From Eledone cirrhosa (taxonomy: Eukaryota): DNA of 64,000 bases. Location: positions 2,294,001-2,358,000 of the forward strand of contig OZ024753.1 in assembly GCA_964016885.1 (NCBI GenBank). Direction: 5' to 3'. Each line of letters opens with the position of its first letter. Within the stretch, counting starts at the first letter, position 1. The notes beneath the pieces are model-generated. The model was not told the DNA's origin. It worked only from the letters and a program-made list of their open reading frames with translations, and did no database searches. Below, in pieces: positions 56,989 to 64,000 of the stretch. A program made the position numbers and the translations under genes.

Positions 56989-57039
<51 letters not shown>

Positions 57040-57189
57040 GAATTTTATTTCTTGCCCTACCATACTTTCGTTTCCTAAATATATACGTATACTGATTTAG
57101 GAAACGAAATTCCCGAATAGAAATAAATACAGGATTTGAGAATTAACATGAGTAATGATACATTGTTTCATGCACAAGCCACCGAAATA

Positions 57190-57424
57190 TCGGCAGCGTG
57201 CAGACGACTGGGAGGTTAGATTCTGAGTTCTACCAGGACAAGAGAGTGGGAAACGATGTTGGTCCTCAGTTAACTGGAATAATGCTCTCAGTATCTAACT
57301 AACCGCAGAACTACACCACGTAGACTGCCTCAATGAAGGTCTTGAGCTCCTGGGAGAGGCTGAAATAACTAAAGCTATACTCTCTGAAACGAAAATAAGA
57401 GAGATACGCAGTGATATATATAAA

Positions 57425-57479
<55 letters not shown>

Positions 57480-57790
57480 AAGAAAGACTTTGGAAGGATT
57501 AACACCAAACATTTTCATAAAGAGCCGGACCAGACCTCGAACATGACGGCTCTGTGTAGTACAAACATTTCCGTCCCTCACATCTAGAGTAAGAACCAAA
57601 TACTGTAATAGAATGAGGTTCAAAAGTCTCCACCACTTAAAAAACTGCCGAAAACCCTAAGAGGTCTACATGGTGTGGAGGTATTTGTTTTCCTGAAGCA
57701 TCTCGACATTCTATTAAACAGGATCTTAGATGACGTAGTCACAGCACGAAACAAGTACAAGTCTTCCTCAATGACTGATTTCTTATGTTC
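57190..57790 (+). pseudogene. CR1/L2-group LINE 3' relic interrupted by (TA)n
   Basis: LSSWERLK*LKLYSLKRK*ERYAVIY / KTLEGLTPN...RTKYCN...LPKTLRGLHGVEVFVFLKHLD. Confidence 0.8.
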
Positions 57791-57940
57791 TGTCTCTCCT
57801 TTGTTCTGTCCTATAATATATGTTTCAACACACGTTTTCAGATAAGGAATCTTGCAAAATAAATTAAAAAAATGAAGTATACATAAACACAAACACACAC
57901 ACGCACGCACACACACACACGCACACGCACACGCACACGC

Positions 57941-57984
<44 letters not shown>

Positions 57985-59084
57985 GTATATATGTGTGTGT
58001 GTGTGTGTGTGTATAATACATGTGTACATTGTGTATGCATTGTTTATTTCTGTTCTTATAAATTCTATATATTTCAATATATACACATGTTCGCAAATTG
58101 GTGTGTATGCAAGCTTCTTTATGTATCTTAGGTAGAAAACGACGTCTATGACAACATCATGCTATTAAGAGTGTCTTACATTGGTACACATGCAGCGAAA
58201 CTTGTAATGACACTGATATTTCATTAAGTTTGGAGTAAAAAGAAATTCTCCGACAGGTTGACATTCATACGACTAAAGTGTACTGAAGCGTGCAGCAATT
58301 AACCGAAAGTTTCGTATAGGAAGAACAACGTCCTGATTAAAGTTATATAAATAATATTAGCCTAAATACACCCACATAGGTATATATAGACATTTAAACA
58401 CAGAAAATAACCCCACATATATGTAACTACGTATTTGTGTTTAATTAGATTTTAACCATTAAGTTTTCTGATGAGTGAGACCGACGTAAGATTAGTTGTA
58501 GTTTTCGCATTACAAATTTTGAAGTGAATTACTGAATTAGTGAATTAGGTTAGACATTTCTTAATGACATATTGATTTTGTATATTGGTACAAATTTATT
58601 AGGAAATCATATAGACCATGAAGCGATCCTACCATTCGGTTGGTTTTTATTTTTTCGACCCCGTCTACTTGAAAGGAAACGTTTGACCCTTAAGTATTTT
58701 AAATGAGAATTATTGTGGTCCTGATAAGAGGTAAACACGGGGAAGCTGCAGATTTTATTGCCAGGCCGAGTCTCACAGACGAATACAAATATCCTTTCCT
58801 CAATAATGTGGTAGCTGTAATGAATATAATAATTTGTAAGCTGTGTTTCTAATAACTGTGGAAAACATGATTTTATAGCTGCGATCTAATCGCCTTTTCT
58901 ATTATGTAGTAGTTTCCTGTTTTGTTTGACAGGGCTTGCGTGACGAATGTACAATTTGCCAACGTATGTATTTATAGTAATTTAATTCATAATTAGCTGA
59001 AACAGCAAATATGCAAAAGTGTCTTGATTGAGCCTACTTGTAGAAAGATCGTTTGATATTTAATGGTGGTACATATACAAGTCA

Positions 59085-59345
59085 ATGCCCTAGTGGTACG
59101 GCTGTTGGACATACGATCATAATGTTGTGGGTTCGATTCCGGGGCCGGGTTGCGCGTTGTGTTCCTGAGCAAAACACTTCATTCTACATTGTTAGTATAC
59201 TCAGTTGTAAATGAGTACCAGGAATAGCTGGGGTTTAATCCTGCGATAGACTGGCGCCTTGTCCAAGGGGAAGTCTTTAACTCTCAGTCGCTTCATGCCA
59301 TTAAACCGGGATAAGCAACGGCCTAATGAGCCTCTTATCTTAAGA
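59085..59345 (+). mobile_element. tRNA-derived CORE-like SINE with distinct 3' region
   Basis: ctagtggt A-box, ggttcgattcc B-box, ttgtgttcctgagcaaaacactt, cctgcgatagactggcg. Confidence 0.82.
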
Positions 59346-60028
59346 CATACTTTAGACATACAAGTCAGATGTTCCGTTAAAGTTGTGGGAACATTTAGCG
59401 CATCAGTCTTCTAAAGTTTCACCAATATTCCCGTATGTTGCTCCTGTTGTTGACTCTATGGAAAAAAGTTTTGTTAGTTAACAAGACTCATATCAAGGAG
59501 AGTGAGCAGTGTTTGATTGACGATAAATCGATTGAATTCCGGGATGTAGTTAATGCATGGGGTGGGAGATGAAATGTTGGGTGCTCTTACACGACTAACT
59601 AGTTAACTCGAGGCAAAACACTTAACATCTTTGCTCACCACCGTAAGCATTCATTCGGTGGGTCTCTCAATAAATGAACCGACATCTCATGGGGAGAAGT
59701 ATTTTATCTTTTCATATATTTCTTTTGTTTTTAAAAGTAAGCGTCTACCACCCGAGTTCTCCTGGCAACATTCTGCCACTTACGGCTCTATTCACATATT
59801 GCCTGATTCTACCACTTTCAATTCATATACTTTAGGAAACAAACCAATATTGTTGGTTCTGACGATCGTGTATTTAAAGGAATCACACCGCTTAACTTGT
59901 TTCTATAAGATCTCTAAGAGAGCTATTTTTTTTGGGGGGGGGGGGGAGAAAGAAGAAGAAGAAGAAGAAGAAAACAAAGAGAAAAAGAAACATAATTAGT
60001 ATTTTCAAAGCATATGTGATAAAGATAA

Positions 60029-60392
60029 TAATTGTTTCTACTTTAGGCACAAGGCCAGCAATTACCCAGTACATTACTGGTACTTTATTTTATCGACCCC
60101 GTAAGGATGAAAGGCAAAGTCAACCTCGGCGAGATTTGAACTCGGATCGTAAAGGGACGTAACTATGCTGGAAAGCATGGCGTCCGACCCTCTACCGATA
60201 CTGCCAATTCAACGCCCCAAAGATAATAATAATAATAATAATAATAATACTTGTTTCTACTTTAGGCACAAGGTCAGAAATTTGAAAGGACGGAGAATGT
60301 CGATTAAATCAACGCCAGTGCATTACTGGTACTTTATTTTATCGACCCTGTAAGGATGAAAGGCAAAGCTAACCTCGGCCCGATTTGAACTA
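60029..60392 (-). mobile_element. Two SINE family A copies (60029-60217 full A1; about 60250-60392 truncated long variant)
   Basis: Shared core sequence. Confidence 0.9.
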
Positions 60393-60825
60393 ATACAAAT
60401 CATGATCGAGTGTTTTATGGGGGCTAAATAAGTGCCACAACAATCTCACCAACCTTCATCAATCTGCAAAAATCAAAATGTCTGAGTATACACATCATAC
60501 TTGGAATTAAATGTATGAATTTAGTTGTGAGAATAAGTATTGTTCAAATGTTACTGCACTAAACTGATATTACTCGGCTGAATAACTGTTAAACATTTTG
60601 TTCTCGATTATAGCTTTTCATCATAATTGTTGAAACTCTGGATATTAATACGAATGAGAAAGCTATGTCGTTAAGTAAGGGAATTATATTTACTTCGAGA
60701 TTACTATCTTCCTTAGTCAAGCAAATGTACAGTTCGAGGACTCTATTCATCCTTAATATCTAAATTCAGACTATTCTCACTTAAAAGAGATATGTTGCGC
60801 TGATGCTTTTAACTTATAGAGATTA

Positions 60826-61483
<658 letters not shown>

Positions 61484-61490
61484 GAGAGAG

Positions 61491-61698
61491 AGAAATATAA
61501 ATCACAATTATGTCTATATTTAAGGCGCGTGGTTCAATATTCGGAGATGGTGATGCGCTGTGTCCTTGAGCAAGACATTTTATTTCACGTTGCTCCTTGT
61601 GACAGGAGTTGTGACCGGTAGAGAGTATCAGCAATGGAAAGACCAATGGAAACATTGTTTCCTTGGTCCGATTTGACGAGGTTCACCCAACTCGGCAA
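61491..61698 (+). mobile_element. SINE family B derivative with 5' flank, duplicated at 63285-63492
   Basis: About 208-bp direct repeat including the flank agaaatataaatcacaattatgtctatatttaa. Confidence 0.85.
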
Positions 61699-61742
61699 TC
61701 ATGATTTGAATATATATATATATGTATATATATATACATATG

Positions 61743-61875
<133 letters not shown>

Positions 61876-62015
61876 GTATGTATATATAAATATATAATAT
61901 ATATATATATATATATATACATATATACATGTGGGGGTATAGATTGGAAGAAATATCTCTGGGAGTGTTTCCAAAGTTTGCTAATAGTATTGACAAGAAC
62001 CATTTTCAAAGACAA

Positions 62016-62095
<80 letters not shown>

Positions 62096-62662
62096 TTGAA
62101 TATGGTTGCTGTCAATGCGTACATACGCACACAGAAGAGAAACACAAGCACTCACACACACGCCTATACACACACACACACAGTAATATATATATATATA
62201 TATATTACTGTGTGTATGTGTGTATTTATAAATATTTCGTCTAATGGAAACTCTTCAAAGAAAATCAAACATAAATATCTTTTGTACCAAACTACACTAA
62301 AAAGATCAGTAGGTACAGAATAAGTAGACTTCCAATTGTATATTCCAAATAAACTGTAGCAATATTGATGGCTGTTCTTTTGTTGATTAGATTCTTGCAG
62401 TATCGCTCTACATAGGTTTTACTTTCAGAGACATTTGTTTTTTTTATACAATATTTTTGTTTGCGTATTCATAACTTCGATAATAAGCAATAAGCAATAT
62501 TTGCAGTAAGCACAGCGAAGTCGAATATTTTTTTTTTCAAATTTCATTCTCTTATCTTGCATTAATACAACTTTACTCCTCTCTCATCGACTGATATTGT
62601 AGGATATACTCATGCACTGGCAGTTTATACAAATGTACACACACACATACACACATTGCTAA

Positions 62663-62698
<36 letters not shown>

Positions 62699-62703
<5 letters not shown>

Positions 62704-62903
62704 AACGAGTAGGACCCCAACGGCTGAGCTCAAGCCGTTTCGACGGCTAATTCTGGACTAGCCGTAATTAGAATTAGCCGTCGAAACGGCTTGAGCTCAG
62801 CCGTTGGGGTCCTACTCGTTCCTATTACCCACTCTACTACCCTAAGTATTGAGTACTTTGGTGCGTTATGGTCCACCTGGTTCCTTACCACATTTCCTTC
62901 GTT
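62699..62903 (+). mobile_element. Hairpin plus tail element, second copy
   Basis: Collinear with 49514-49717, same ends and same loop length. Confidence 0.92.
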
Positions 62904-62916
62904 ATATATATATATG

Positions 62917-62983
<67 letters not shown>

Positions 62984-63284
62984 GCGCGCGTGTGTGTGTG
63001 TAGGTATGTATGTATACACACACATAGTTTCGTGCCTGACGGCGCAGTGAGTCCACCAGGATTTTTCCATCGTCAGCTAAAATTGACTATTGGAGCGAGC
63101 ATAAACAGTGTATATAGCAGACAAATCGCATAAAAAGATTTTAATTTCGGATATAATAATGGGTCTTGATTGGATGTTAGAGGTGGTAGTATCATCTTCC
63201 TCTATTTTGCATGTGCAAATTTGTGTGGGACAAGACTTTGTTCTTGTTAGTAGCCATGGCTGAATAAACCTAAAGCAAACCTAT

Positions 63285-63532
63285 AGAAATATAAATCACA
63301 ATTATGTCTATATTTAAGGCGCGTGGTTCAATATGCGGAGATGGTGATGCGCTGTGTCCTTGAGCAAGACACTTTATTTCACGTTGCTCCTTGTGCCAGA
63401 AGTTGCGACCGGTAGATAGTATCAGCAATGGAAAGACCAATGAAAACATTGTTTCCTTGGTTCGATTTGACGAGGTCCACCCAACTCGGCAAGACAATGA
63501 CGTTTGGGATCTTGTGGATCAATTAGAGCAAG
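63285..63532 (+). mobile_element. SINE family B derivative
   Basis: tgtgtccttgagcaagacacttt; 3' end matches 25480-25531. Confidence 0.85.
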
Positions 63533-63690
63533 CGAACGATATTGATTTACAAGAAAGAATGATGAAATGATATATCAATGTTGTAAATTGATGTGTTAAT
63601 ATAGAAAATATATTAAAGAATGTCGGCTGTTTGATATTCTTAATATTTGTTGGGTTTAGCATCTGTATAGATTTGTTGTCAAAAAGGGAT

Positions 63691-63904
63691 AATTGTTTCT
63701 ACGGTAGGCACAAAGGCAGCAATTACCCAGTGCATTACTGGTACTTTAGTTTATCGACCCCGTAAGGATGAAAGGCAAAGTTAACCTTGGCGGGATTTGA
63801 ACTCAGAATGGCAAGGGCCGTAACTCTATGCGTCAAAGCATGGCGTCCGACCCTCTACCGTTACTGCCAATCCACCGCCCTCTACCGATACTGCCAATCC
63901 ACCG
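63691..63904 (-). mobile_element. SINE family A variant A2 with 27-bp tandem duplication of the head
   Basis: ccctctaccg.tactgccaatccaccg at 63851-63877 and 63878-63904. Confidence 0.9.
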
Positions 63905-64000
63905 TCAAAAAGGAATAATAAAGGCAAAAACGGGGGTAGGAAACAAATTACTGTGGAGTAAATATTTGCTGTCAACACGTAAATCAACGAGGAGATATTT

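Larger units (their letters stand above)
56586..56996 (-). mobile_element. Inverted-repeat plus tail element, 154-bp arms, hammerhead in each arm
   Basis: Arms 56672-56825/56843-56996 with 1 mismatch seen, 17-nt loop, tail 56586-56671, (TA)n on both sides. Confidence 0.92.

Noticed and set aside
59085-59160. tRNA gene
   Set aside because: A and B boxes present but no full cloverleaf; continues into a SINE body

Overview
This is AT-rich, repeat-dominated eukaryotic non-coding DNA with no intact host gene. The dominant tRNA-derived SINE and the extreme (TA)n load suggest an octopus or other coleoid cephalopod (recognised from memory, not verified). Almost all long ORFs in the track are microsatellite artefacts. 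Real content: about 20 SINE copies of two families, RTE- and CR1-type LINE fragments, an internally deleted mariner, a Penelope-like (PLE) GIY-YIG fragment, and many short (TA)n-embedded elements. The main signal is type-I hammerhead ribozyme (HHR) motifs: 13 with intact catalytic cores and about 12 decayed ones, from many unrelated families. Several sit in inverted-repeat-plus-tail elements, one set is a tandem triplet, and one small family carries a 100-115 nt hairpin in place of stem II. All folds were paired by eye and coordinates counted by hand, so element ends are approximate.
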